A stretch of DNA of 64,000 bases from Naegleria gruberi (taxonomy: Eukaryota): the NCBI GenBank assembly GCA_000004985.1, contig GG738906.1; one strand, given 5' to 3'. The position numbers and the translations under genes were made by a program. Position 1 is the stretch's first letter. Every line of letters begins with the position of its first letter. Under the pieces are notes generated by a model. It made no database searches. It was given only the letters and a program-made list of their open reading frames with translations, and had not been told where the DNA came from. Shown here one piece after another: positions 55,801 to 64,000 of the stretch.

Positions 55801-56320
55801 TACAATTAATGACATCATAGAGCCTTTTAGATATACAGGATTGTATGTCAACAAACAAACAAATTGTATTGACTGTATTTGTTATCTTGGTCAGGAGCAA
55901 GTTGAAGAAGGAAACTTGGCAAGCTTGGTAGGTTTGCCATTATCCTATTTCAATGATTTAGTGCCAAGGTACAAGGATGGATTTATTTATGATTTCATAG
56001 CATTTTTGAGAGAAAATTGGGTTATGGCCATTCTTTGTCATAAGTTTATTTCTTTCAAGAATGAAACTAAAAAGAAACTTTTAAATGAGGAGGATAATAT
56101 TGGTAATATTAATGAAGTTTGTAATGAAATTGCAGAGCTAATATTGCATGGTGAATCAGAAATTTTCACTGTTGATCCAACCAAAACTATTAAAGTTGAG
56201 AAGGAAGTTACCAGAGATGCCAAAATATTTGTCCAATCTGAGCTGATAGATTTCCTTACTGTACACCAAGAAGTTTTACACTCAATACCAGGAGTTTATT
56301 TTGTACCAAAAAAACAATAG
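52817..56320 (+). CDS. Large (1167 aa) protein with an N-terminal GNAT-like region and a central/C-terminal NAD(P)/FAD Rossmann-like domain; resembles cilia- and flagella-associated protein 61 (CFAP61). Tentative.
   Basis: Single long ORF. IVVIGGSKTALSFIKELS (GxGxxG-like). Overall size and domain order match CFAP61-family proteins; no stronger motif was recognised by eye. Confidence 0.4.
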   Translation: MAEEDFIQSLSVGIRRAKSDEAPNIQKYISENSFLLTKRFGNYNLKTIIETGYISIVAEGDQGQYQGFASFEFEPSDTLDVEKYFSYLPLNVRNTIWIRLVHFEPLFGETVLIEMLNSIFITFSEVDNICFQPVRSNVQSGIDFFSQFSFFKQEIGSDVLVKSDTEKCIFVCHRDNLGRGVKRLSIRQAVVEDNDDIIPLLSSCENVTSYKTEGEYFLANLLFEQNDSKKILLATDTESGDIVGVMYITTELDIRQILSDYKTYNEGEPIYEDFIVEKQIGDNMVYHSNAFEIKLFYIQEEYKFRSIDLLRAAFKAFQESKYCIVGIKFEDHSKSEHPLLKQFIYIEPTQECSSHSLHILSQVSMVADFFVVKATETTLDKNSSPQETILSLLRQAEFHEEFIGAVAKSFKGTRYVTMLLFDSNSAVEGRNEIIGIAVVDTQVNEFLLRRHFDFTEYIDYSAYSSRGTCQAMITHFYIEQKFYRYSKLFLKEVMRKLEKHILYYGCYRGEIPNDSLNKELIYLKSTRQIEFPGALNESSSGRNSSLSDNDSVISGATVSSGGGSRVLTNVQYDSLYFINRRYLSEEKTEIFSRIVVIGGSKTALSFIKELSANSSLFFNNIIVVSPEGDVTKSPEFYADDTDEEFNNRELLNMISLPNIYFVKDKLEDIERVNKSVLLYENQSSFITYDILLLCTSRQYKMKPKYLELVGYPKKGILNLNPRVPVNETGEEIDLTEYFEMYLHENDSEERSDSSYIVVYGSSLDALCTVNTLLNRFNVEPSKLLLIFPDGKKCIFNENEEIEDRLDHILEVAGLKYFSQYTLEDFASDEEGNLVRIYLSPNEEKEEKKKHAKMVEIDCSLFINCHSKDVDDGILSTVNRQSLVFDGRLIVDTQFRTTDTSIYSAGPMAKFSRRFGESRMMEAFNSSEVGSKVAQSVLSALGVAEDPLTGSMPTFVKNTSIRCVLPGGVRFFRCMNSQFDVEKCVKYQTNNVLGPRTINDIIEPFRYTGLYVNKQTNCIDCICYLGQEQVEEGNLASLVGLPLSYFNDLVPRYKDGFIYDFIAFLRENWVMAILCHKFISFKNETKKKLLNEEDNIGNINEVCNEIAELILHGESEIFTVDPTKTIKVEKEVTRDAKIFVQSELIDFLTVHQEVLHSIPGVYFVPKKQ

Positions 56321-56351
56321 ATTTGTCATTTTTCAATTTATTATTCTACTG

Positions 56352-57271
56352 TCAGAAAATCAAGTCCATAAAGCATTCATATATAGCTTGCTCTGCTGAT
56401 CCAAAAGTGATGAAAACTATTCTCCAATTTATGGAATGAATAGGTGAATTTTCATCTTCATACTCTTTAATAATAAAATCTCTAGTTTGAATTCTCATTT
56501 ACATATTATGAAACAAAAAACTCACCTTACAGTACCAAGAGCAATAGCACTTGCTTCTATTTTGGGATAACCGAACTTGCCTGTTGAGATACACGGTAGA
56601 ATTAGTGTGGATGCTTTAGTATTACGTGCATTATCAATGAAAAATCTCAAACTATTTCTATAACAATTTGCAAGAAGTAAGCTATTGGTAGCATCACCAT
56701 ATTTCTGTGATCCTCTAGGTCCAGAGGTGTGAATTATATAGTTAAAGCCATTTGATTCCTGCATTTTGAAAGAGCTTGTAACAAGTATTTCTCCCACAGG
56801 ACAATGAATTTCCTTTTCATTTACTTCAAATGATTTATATTTCCATTGAGAGGGATCAGCAAGACTATTTTCCATTTCACACCTTCCACAACATTGAAAT
56901 ATTACTGAAGCTAAACCTCCTCCAATAACCAGGGCTTCGTTTGATGGATTTACAAGGCTAACTACCATTTCTTTTGTATAGTTTTTTAAATGTGTAATAT
57001 TTCCTGAATAGAGAATTAAATTACAACTCCAAAGATCATTCCAATTTATATTACCAATTGTTGTTGAGTATTGTTTACAATAATCCAAATTTAATGAGGA
57101 CAACAATTCTTCAAGTGATGATCCATGCTCCGAAGTGAAATTAGAATCAAAAGCAATTTCTAATCGTGAGTTATACATTTGTGGTTGAATGGTTTTTAAA
57201 ACTTGGACAAGCTTTTTACGATCACTCCATGATTCTAATTGCATCAAATCTTGGTACCAACTTTCATCCAT
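56352..57271 (-). CDS. Macro-domain (ADP-ribose binding / MacroD-like) protein with a 110-aa N-terminal extension; 2 exons: 57271-56526 and 56481(or 56493)-56352 (intron of 44 or 32 nt, GTGAGT...AG).
   Basis: NEALVIGGGLASVIFQCCG ... NYIIHTSGP ... LILPCISTGKFGYPKIEASAIALGTVR|R(IQTR)DFIIKEYED...RIVFITF...AIYECF matches macro-domain motifs (NAAN..L.GGGV.; VIHTVGP; ISTGIYGYP). The acceptor choice is ambiguous between two in-frame AGs. Confidence 0.7.
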
Positions 57272-57324
57272 TTTTTTAAATTAAAAATAGATTTAAAACT
57301 TTGGAAAATTTCTAAAAAGAAAAA

Positions 57325-60101
57325 ATGTTAAACTTCCATCCTGATTTTCCTCCCCAGAACATTTGTTGTGACTGTGGTTGCCACACTTGTGATAATGATG
57401 GATCGTGTAATAATCCTTCAGTGCCATTAATATTTGAAACTTGTAATCAAAATTTAAATCAATTGTGGAAATCTTCTCATTTGAATATTTATTCTCCCTC
57501 TGATGTTTGTTTTGGAGCATACAACCCTGTCATGGATCTCTTTAGACTTCTCCAAAAATTTAATCCAAACTTTCCAAAGAAATTTTGTTTTGATGAGCAG
57601 GAATGTAAATCAATTATTGAAGCCTTCTATTCCACTCCTGATGATTTAGACTCATCTTTTTTATATGATGTTCTGATTGGTGAAAGATCAAAAACATCAT
57701 CACCAATCCCGATACTTTACACTGCATACAGTAATGGTCCTCAGTGTGATAATGTCGATCAGTTTGAAACCTATTGCTTTAGGACAAAAGAGGATTTCAA
57801 AGCTGCAGTAAAGGCTCATAAAATTTATGAAGATGATCAAATGGATATTCAAAGTAGAAATTCCAAAACAGCCATTGATAAACAATTACAAAAGAAATTA
57901 ATTCAACAAGCAGAGAAAGTATTAGAAATTTCTCCAAATTGTTTGGAAGCCTATAATGCCTTGGCACTTTATAAAGCAACAAGTTTTGAGGAAGCTTTGG
58001 AGTATTACAAAACTGCACAGAGTAAACTGCAACAACATTATAGTGATACGGCCCATGAAAATAGAGAAAAATTTGAAAAATCAAACAAACATCAATTGTA
58101 CTACATTTTGGAATGGAGACAATACATGAGAGCATTGGTAGGGGAAGCAAACTGTCTTCGAAAGCTTGGAAGGTATGAGGAAGCCCTAAAGTGCTATCGA
58201 AAATGTGAACAATTAGATTCAGAGCCTCATGAAATTCGGCATGACTCTATCTCATATGTAAATTATTTATACCATATTCCAGAGTGTTTGATTAGGTTGG
58301 GTAAATTCAAAGAAGCACTAGATTTTTTAAAAAGTAATAGAGAATTATTAGCTCTTCCATCATCAAAAATCTTACTATGGAGTTTTGCTTTATGTGAGTT
58401 TGTAGTATCTAAATTACCAAGAGATTTTAATAGTATTGAGAAGTATGTCATTCCAGAATGTTATGATGAAGAACATGTATACTCAAATGCAATAGTTCCT
58501 GCTGCACTAGTTTCACCTCTTTTTTACGAATATCTGATAGGAATTAGAAAATTGTCTAACATTAGGCTTTCAAAAACGTTTAGAAAGAATAGTAATGACA
58601 AGCTAGTTTCAGAAAATTCACAAATTCAATACTGTGTCGATTATTTAGATATATGGTTAAATATTCCAGGAGCTCTAGATTGGGCCATCACAAATTGTAA
58701 CACAATTTATGCACAAATGTGCCTCTCTAAAACAGAAAAAGAATTGAGTCGAAAATATTACTATCCTAATGATCCATACAAGAATTTGGCGTTATATTCG
58801 AATGGATTTTTTGTAAACTCTACACAGCCAATGACGGGTAGGCAACTCATTCACACAGCAATAGATAATAACGATAGAGAAACTATTAGCTTTTTGATTT
58901 CTAAAAAAGCGGTTATTGTCTCCAAAGAAATCAACTCTAGTCTCAATCCTCTCTATTATGTATGTGAAAGAGATAAGGAACAGATTTTACAATTTTTACT
59001 TTCTAGTAGTTCTTTCATTAGGATTGAATTGTATCCAAAGGCTTTTGAAATCTGTTCCTATCTTGGTCATTGGAAATGTTTAAAGATTTTATTTTGCGAA
59101 ATTTTGAAAAGAAAAACTATTGATAATCTTTTGCTGGAAACATGTGTAGAGGCTATTGTAAACTCTACCTCGTTTGGTTGTATTGGTAATTCATGTAAAT
59201 ATTGTAAATCTGTGAAGGGATTCCAACATTCTCTTAACACCAATTATGTCAATTGCTTGGATATAATATTAATGTTTGGATGTAAAATTGAAAAAGAATG
59301 TATTCAAAAATTAGAGGATAAAAAGAAGAAGACTCTCTCAGATCGAGTTAACCAAATTCAAAAAAGACAAGTAGTTTTAAATCCTACAAAATATGGAATT
59401 ACTGATACAAAAGTTCTTAATTCTTTGAAAGAGATTAACCCATATCAAAAGCTTACTTTAGTCAACCAGCATTCGGCTCAAACAGCAGAAGAACTTAAAG
59501 ATGTTGGAAACCAAGAATTTCAAAAAGGAAAATTTATGGAAGCACTCAAATACTACAAACAAGCCCTTGAAAAGAGTGATCATGTCAAGATTACACATAT
59601 ACTACACTCCAATATAGCTCAATGTTATATTAATTTAAGGCAATTTGAATTAGCTTTGGAACATTCAGAGAAGGGAATTTCTGTTGATCCAACTTTTGTA
59701 AAATGTTTTTATAGAAAAGCATTAGCTCTAGATGGTCTTTCTAGAAAGAATGAAGCCTTAGAAGCAATAGAGGTAAGTTATGTTTATTGAATGGCAGACT
59801 CGATAATACTTTTATTGCACAGATGGCACTAACTAAAGAACCAACTAATGAATCATTCCAAAAATTGAAAGAAAAAATCAAGAAGGATCTTGTTAATCAA
59901 GATAAAGAGGAAAGACTCTGCAAACATTGTGGAGGAAAACGAATTCCACGTGTCTGTGCATACTGTGGTAAGGAGGCCAAGAAGAAGTGTTTTGGATGTA
60001 AAGAAGTAAGATATTGTGACCTGGGTTGTCAAAAACATGATTGGGAAAATCATAAATCTGCTTGTAAATGGGCAGAAATGCATAAGAATGCCAAAAAGTA
60101 A
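57325..60101 (+). CDS. TPR-repeat plus C-terminal MYND zinc-finger protein (about 909 aa), 2 exons: 57325-59772 and 59823-60101 (50-nt intron); possibly a ZMYND-type axonemal-dynein / Hsp90 co-chaperone-like factor (inference).
   Basis: C-terminal TPR triplet AEELKDVGNQEFQKGKFMEALKYYKQALEK...AQCYINLRQFELALEHSEKGISVDP...YRKALALDGLSRKNEALEAIE|MALTKEP...CKHCGGKRIPRVCAYCGKEAKKKCFGCKEVRYCDLGCQKHDWENHKSAC (MYND C4-C2HC). The junction GAG|GTAAGT...CACAG|ATG is in frame. Confidence 0.7.
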
Positions 60102-60214
60102 ATCCTCTTGATTGTTGACGGGAATGCTATCAAATGTGATACATTTTTAAAAAAAATCTAAACAATTAAAAACAATATCTGGATATTTTTTATGAGCTTT
60201 TTTCATCATAAAAC

Positions 60215-61507
60215 ATGAATTATTCCGTTCGTTTGTTATTCTCGAAATCCATCAATTTTATTCGGAATAGACACTACTCTGTTTTGGCTTTTTTAATTTT
60301 TACCATCCTACAGACGATCACAATAATTGCTGTGATGATTGCAAATATGATTTATAATTCTCTTGATGAGGAGCCTTCAGTAGCAGTTTATTTTCTATCC
60401 GTTATTGCAATATTGGCCATGCTGTGTATGTGTTATTTTGCTGTGGATGCAATTGTAAATGAAAACAAAATGATGATATATTCGTATATTTTAATAAGCT
60501 TATTTCTAATGGGAAGACTCTTATATGGATTAGCGTTTGGGGGAGAAGCAGAAGAATTATTAACCCTTGTCCCTAGCTTGTTAATTTGTTTTTTTGAAGG
60601 TAGGTCATTATTATTAAGGGTATATCCACATTAACCCATTACTATAAGTTTGTCAAGTTGTTTTATCAGTGCCAGTTGTAAAAAGTTTTGGATGGAAATT
60701 ATATAGAAAAATTGGATCTGGAAAACTGTTGCATGAATTATATAACACTTACCATATTTTTGTTGCAATACTGAAAATTGATTTTGTCTTTACACTTATT
60801 GTTGGATTATTGGGATTTTTCTTCGTAGTTTTTGATTATTGGTGGGTTTACTTATTATTTGCCACCGGAATATTGTGCTCTCTTTGTAAGTTTTCACAAT
60901 TTTTCAATAGGTGTGATAATTGAAATTGAAAGTGAGTTCACCACTTGTTATTTATTTTGGAATTCGAAGAGAAAATAAGCTCATTTGCTCCATATTTGTC
61001 TGTATTTGTTTGTTGGTACCATTATTCTTAATTTACAAAATTACCATCCTGTGGCTGCCTTCCTCACATGAAATTGTGGCTGAATGGGGAGGATCTTCGA
61101 TGTCTCAATTTGAAATCAAGATTGGCTTGACCTTACTCTCTTCCCTTGCCTTTATTGTAAAAATAATTTTGATTTGTGTAACTGTGGTGTGTATGAAAAA
61201 TTTTGGCAAAGGTCTTGCAGAAACATTTAGAAATACCCAATCACTTGTTTTGCAAAAATCAACCATACAACCCACCTCAGCTCCATACTATAGTGATACT
61301 ATTTCAGTAACTTCTAATGCTCTTTTTGCAGTAACATCTTCTGGTGATATTGTTATTAATGATGGCAGAAAGCAAATGGTTTCAGTTTCATTGACAAGAT
61401 CAATTTCAGACGATTCTGGGTTTTTGGGCTCGTCTAGCCATAACTATTCATCTGGAGACGAAGAAGAAATAATTCCAATTAATAGACCAAAGCAATCTAA
61501 ATATTAA
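60215..61507 (+). CDS. Polytopic membrane protein (about 390 aa), 3 exons: 60215-60599, 60670-60885, 60933-61507 (introns of 70 and 47 nt); hypothetical, with a Ser-rich cytosolic tail.
   Basis: Three track ORFs in different frames are joined by G|GTAGGT...TATCAG and T|GTAAGT...TTGAAAG junctions that restore frame; at least 8 hydrophobic helices. Confidence 0.5.
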
Positions 61508-62005
61508 TTATTGAACCCAATGCACATCAGTATTGTAACACCACCATTCTTCTATTAGGTTATTTTGCATCTTGCATTACAATTTATCTGTTATTTGATT
61601 ATTGCCGAGAATGAAATAACAGACTAAAACAAAATGTACATTCAAAATATACAAACAAGCACAAACAATCCTCTAAGACTAGTCAACAGAGAAACGATCA
61701 GAAGGATTCAGTGTTTTTGCCACACGACCAGTAGGGAAGAATTTCGAAAATAGCGGCAAACAGGAATCAGAACACAACCATTCGAAAAGGTTCTTTAATG
61801 CCCATCTCCAACACGTTATGGAAATACTGTTAGCTCAAAAAAATCAAATTGTACAAAGGATACTACATATGCAAAACCATCAGCAAGAATTCACAAATTT
61901 AATTTACAATAACAAATCATTTTTAAAAATAACCATACAATTTGCACATCAACACATTTCTACCGCCAAAATTGTTTACGATTTCGGTTTTTAAATTTAA
62001 AAAAA

Positions 62006-63622
62006 ATGCCATTATCATCAACATCAGACTCCAGTCCCACTCCTGTGGCAGAACACGATGATGAAGAATTGAACACTGATTCTCTTAAGAAGACTCAAAA
62101 GAAGAATGTAAATACAGTAAAGAAGGTTAAAAATATGTCGGATGGTGCTCTTTCAAAACAACGATTCACTATTGACAAAATTAAAAAGGACAATGATCTC
62201 TTGAGAGAAACAATTGCCAACCTTACACGTAATGTGAATACTAGTGAGAGTGTAGCTCTAGGAAAGAAAATTAACAAACTCAACGATGTTATTTATAATA
62301 TTACTTTAAAAATTCAGGAAGAAAAACGAAAGGTTGAAAATCTAGAGGAGCACTTTAAGGACACTTCAAACAGAATTGAAGAAGCGAGAATAGAAAGATC
62401 TGGAGTAAATGTCTCTAAAGAAAGTAATAGATTAGTTGAAAAACAAATCAAAGTCCTAGAAAATAGACTTGATAAAGCCCTTGTAAAGTTTAATGAGTCA
62501 CTAACTGAGAATAAGGTATTACGTGATCAAATTGAAAACTTAAGAAAAGAAAGAGTAGTATTCGATAGTATTTATAAAAAGATGGAAAAGGAACTCCAAG
62601 AGAAAAAGAAGGAAATGGCTAAAATCATTGAATTATCTAATTCAGCATATGAAGAAAGAGGGCAAGCACTCGAGGAGCAAAAGCAAGTCAAGGATGAACA
62701 CCAAAAAGAAATTGAGAAAATTGAGGAAGAACGAGAACAACTTGATAGACTTTTGAAAGAAGCAGAAAAAGTTACAGAAAAGCTTCAACAAAGAGAATTG
62801 GAAAGAAGAGAGAGGGAAATTCAAGAAGCTGCTGATCTTGACAGAAAGAGAATGCTCAAATCTAGTTGGTCTAATTCAGGAGTCAAGGCCAGAGCAACTG
62901 ATATGAATGAAAAAAGAAAGCAATACGAAGAAAGATTTTCCAAAATTGAAGAAGCAACAGGGAAAAATATCGATGAACTTATTGAACACTTCTCTCAATC
63001 TGAAGATCAAAACTTCTCCCTCTTTACCTATGTAAATGAACTTAACAGTGAAATTGAAAAACTTGAGGAAAATATTGTTGAGATTGAAGAAGAAATTAAG
63101 AAATTCAAAGGAGAGGGAGTCAATTCAGAATCTCAAAGAAAGAAGGTTCTTTCAGATATTCAAGAAAAAATCAATGAAACAAACAGCAAAACTGATCTGT
63201 ACCAAAGAAAGTACGAAAATTCTCTCAAAACATTGGAAATTATTTCAAGAGGTATTGAAACAATATTCAACAAATTGGGATGTGACCCATCGTCTATTTC
63301 AGACATGCTTGGTACAACTGGTGTAACTGAATCAAACATGATGATTTACTTGGGCTTTATTGAACAACGTACTAATGAAATTGTTCAAATGAGTGTCACA
63401 ACAAAGAAAAGTGAAGGTAAGAAGGATGACAATGCTGTTTCAGGACCAAAACATCCGGTTGGATTTACTGAAACCCTCTCCATAGAACCTCCTTCGACAG
63501 CTAATGACGGTCTTTCAGATGATGATGATGATGATGAAGAAGAAAGACCATTTACAAGAGAAGAATTGATGCAAAAGGCAAAGAAAAGTACCCTCAGCAA
63601 GAAACCTAAGAAGAAGAAATAA
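62006..63622 (+). CDS. Coiled-coil protein (538 aa) resembling outer-dynein-arm docking-complex subunits (CCDC63/CCDC114/ODA-DC family); tentative.
   Basis: Continuous heptad-rich sequence. Segments LENRLDKALVKFNESL, NFSLFTYVNELNSEIEKLEE and LGCD....ISDMLG...TESNMMIYLGFIEQRTNE resemble conserved blocks of ODA-DC proteins (recognised from memory, not searched). Confidence 0.4.
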   Translation: MPLSSTSDSSPTPVAEHDDEELNTDSLKKTQKKNVNTVKKVKNMSDGALSKQRFTIDKIKKDNDLLRETIANLTRNVNTSESVALGKKINKLNDVIYNITLKIQEEKRKVENLEEHFKDTSNRIEEARIERSGVNVSKESNRLVEKQIKVLENRLDKALVKFNESLTENKVLRDQIENLRKERVVFDSIYKKMEKELQEKKKEMAKIIELSNSAYEERGQALEEQKQVKDEHQKEIEKIEEEREQLDRLLKEAEKVTEKLQQRELERREREIQEAADLDRKRMLKSSWSNSGVKARATDMNEKRKQYEERFSKIEEATGKNIDELIEHFSQSEDQNFSLFTYVNELNSEIEKLEENIVEIEEEIKKFKGEGVNSESQRKKVLSDIQEKINETNSKTDLYQRKYENSLKTLEIISRGIETIFNKLGCDPSSISDMLGTTGVTESNMMIYLGFIEQRTNEIVQMSVTTKKSEGKKDDNAVSGPKHPVGFTETLSIEPPSTANDGLSDDDDDDEEERPFTREELMQKAKKSTLSKKPKKKK

Positions 63623-63634
63623 ACCCATTGTAAA

Positions 63635-64000
63635 TTATTTTATCAATTTCAAAACTGCCACAAAGTGTTCCATTCTTATTTCCTTATTTTCAATATTTTC
63701 TCGCAGTGACTCTAAGGCAGCCTCTCTGCACCATCCGCTAATAGATGCTCCTGTCCAGCTTCTTTCCTGTATCAATGAAACCAAATGCTCAATGTTGATA
63801 TTAGATGAAAACGGCATTTTTGCTGTGTTAAAAGATATTGAGCTACTTGTAGGAAACAATTCAAAAACTTACCCTTGTATACTTTGAAAATTTCCACCAA
63901 GTCCTCCTCTTCTGGCATGTGCATGTAAAGTATTTGGTCAAGTCTACCAGGTCTCAAAATAGCTTGATCTATTAATTCTATTCTATTGGTACAGCCCACA
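63635..64000 (-). CDS. 3' end of an AAA+ ATPase gene (CDC48/NVL/SPATA5-like D2-domain C-terminus); last exon 63822-63635, preceding exon from 63873 running off the window (50-nt intron).
   Basis: ...RIELIDQAILRPGRLDQILYMHMPEEEDLVEIFKVYKG|AKMPFSSNINIEHLVSLIQERSWTGASISGWCREAALESLRE: the AAA sensor-2 / C-terminal helical bundle pattern (ILRPGRLD...; SGADL..LC.EAAL.ALRE). Confidence 0.75.

Noticed and set aside
1-64000. Search for prokaryotic-style systems (CRISPR arrays, toxin-antitoxin, restriction-modification, defence islands, operons)
   Set aside because: The window is eukaryotic nuclear DNA (spliceosomal introns, telomere, nuclear housekeeping genes). No direct-repeat/spacer arrays or prokaryotic gene organisation are present.

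Overview
This window is the left end of a chromosome from an AT-rich, intron-containing eukaryote, probably a ciliated or flagellated protist or other small-genome eukaryote. The genetic code is standard: actin and other conserved genes terminate on TAA or TGA at the expected C-termini. It opens with about 40 copies of the telomeric hexamer CCCAAA (G-strand TTTGGG). A degenerate 12-mer array (CCCAAAACTAAA) follows, then a subtelomeric block (2.6-8.3 kb) built from two repeat families, A of about 970 bp and B of about 220 bp. Two assembly gaps interrupt it (N runs at 984-2605 and 3618-3667). From about 8.5 kb onward the sequence is gene-dense, roughly one gene per 1.5-2 kb on both strands. Most genes are ordinary housekeeping genes: actin, tRNA-Pro, G-alpha, NSA2, DCAF1-like, Rtf2, PPP4R2, CDC5, AMPK-gamma, mitochondrial ribosomal protein L15, NDUFB7, RFT1, CIA2/MIP18, HisRS, Ste24, a HIT protein and an AGMO-like hydroxylase. 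Toward the right half there is a run of cilium-associated genes: UNC119, a CFAP61-like gene, a Dpy-30/AK-like gene, a TPR-MYND gene and an ODA-docking-like coiled-coil gene. Introns are tiny (mostly 39-58 nt, GTAAGT/GTAGGT...AG); several are exact multiples of 3 but carry in-frame stops. Many genes are split in the ORF track and were reconstructed by reading splice sites. No prokaryotic features (CRISPR, operons, defence islands) are present. The most unusual signals are the TTTGGG-type telomere with its subtelomeric repeat scaffold, a pair of F-box-plus-polytopic-membrane paralogs (one GC-shifted, inside the subtelomere), the microintron class, and the ciliary gene neighbourhood.
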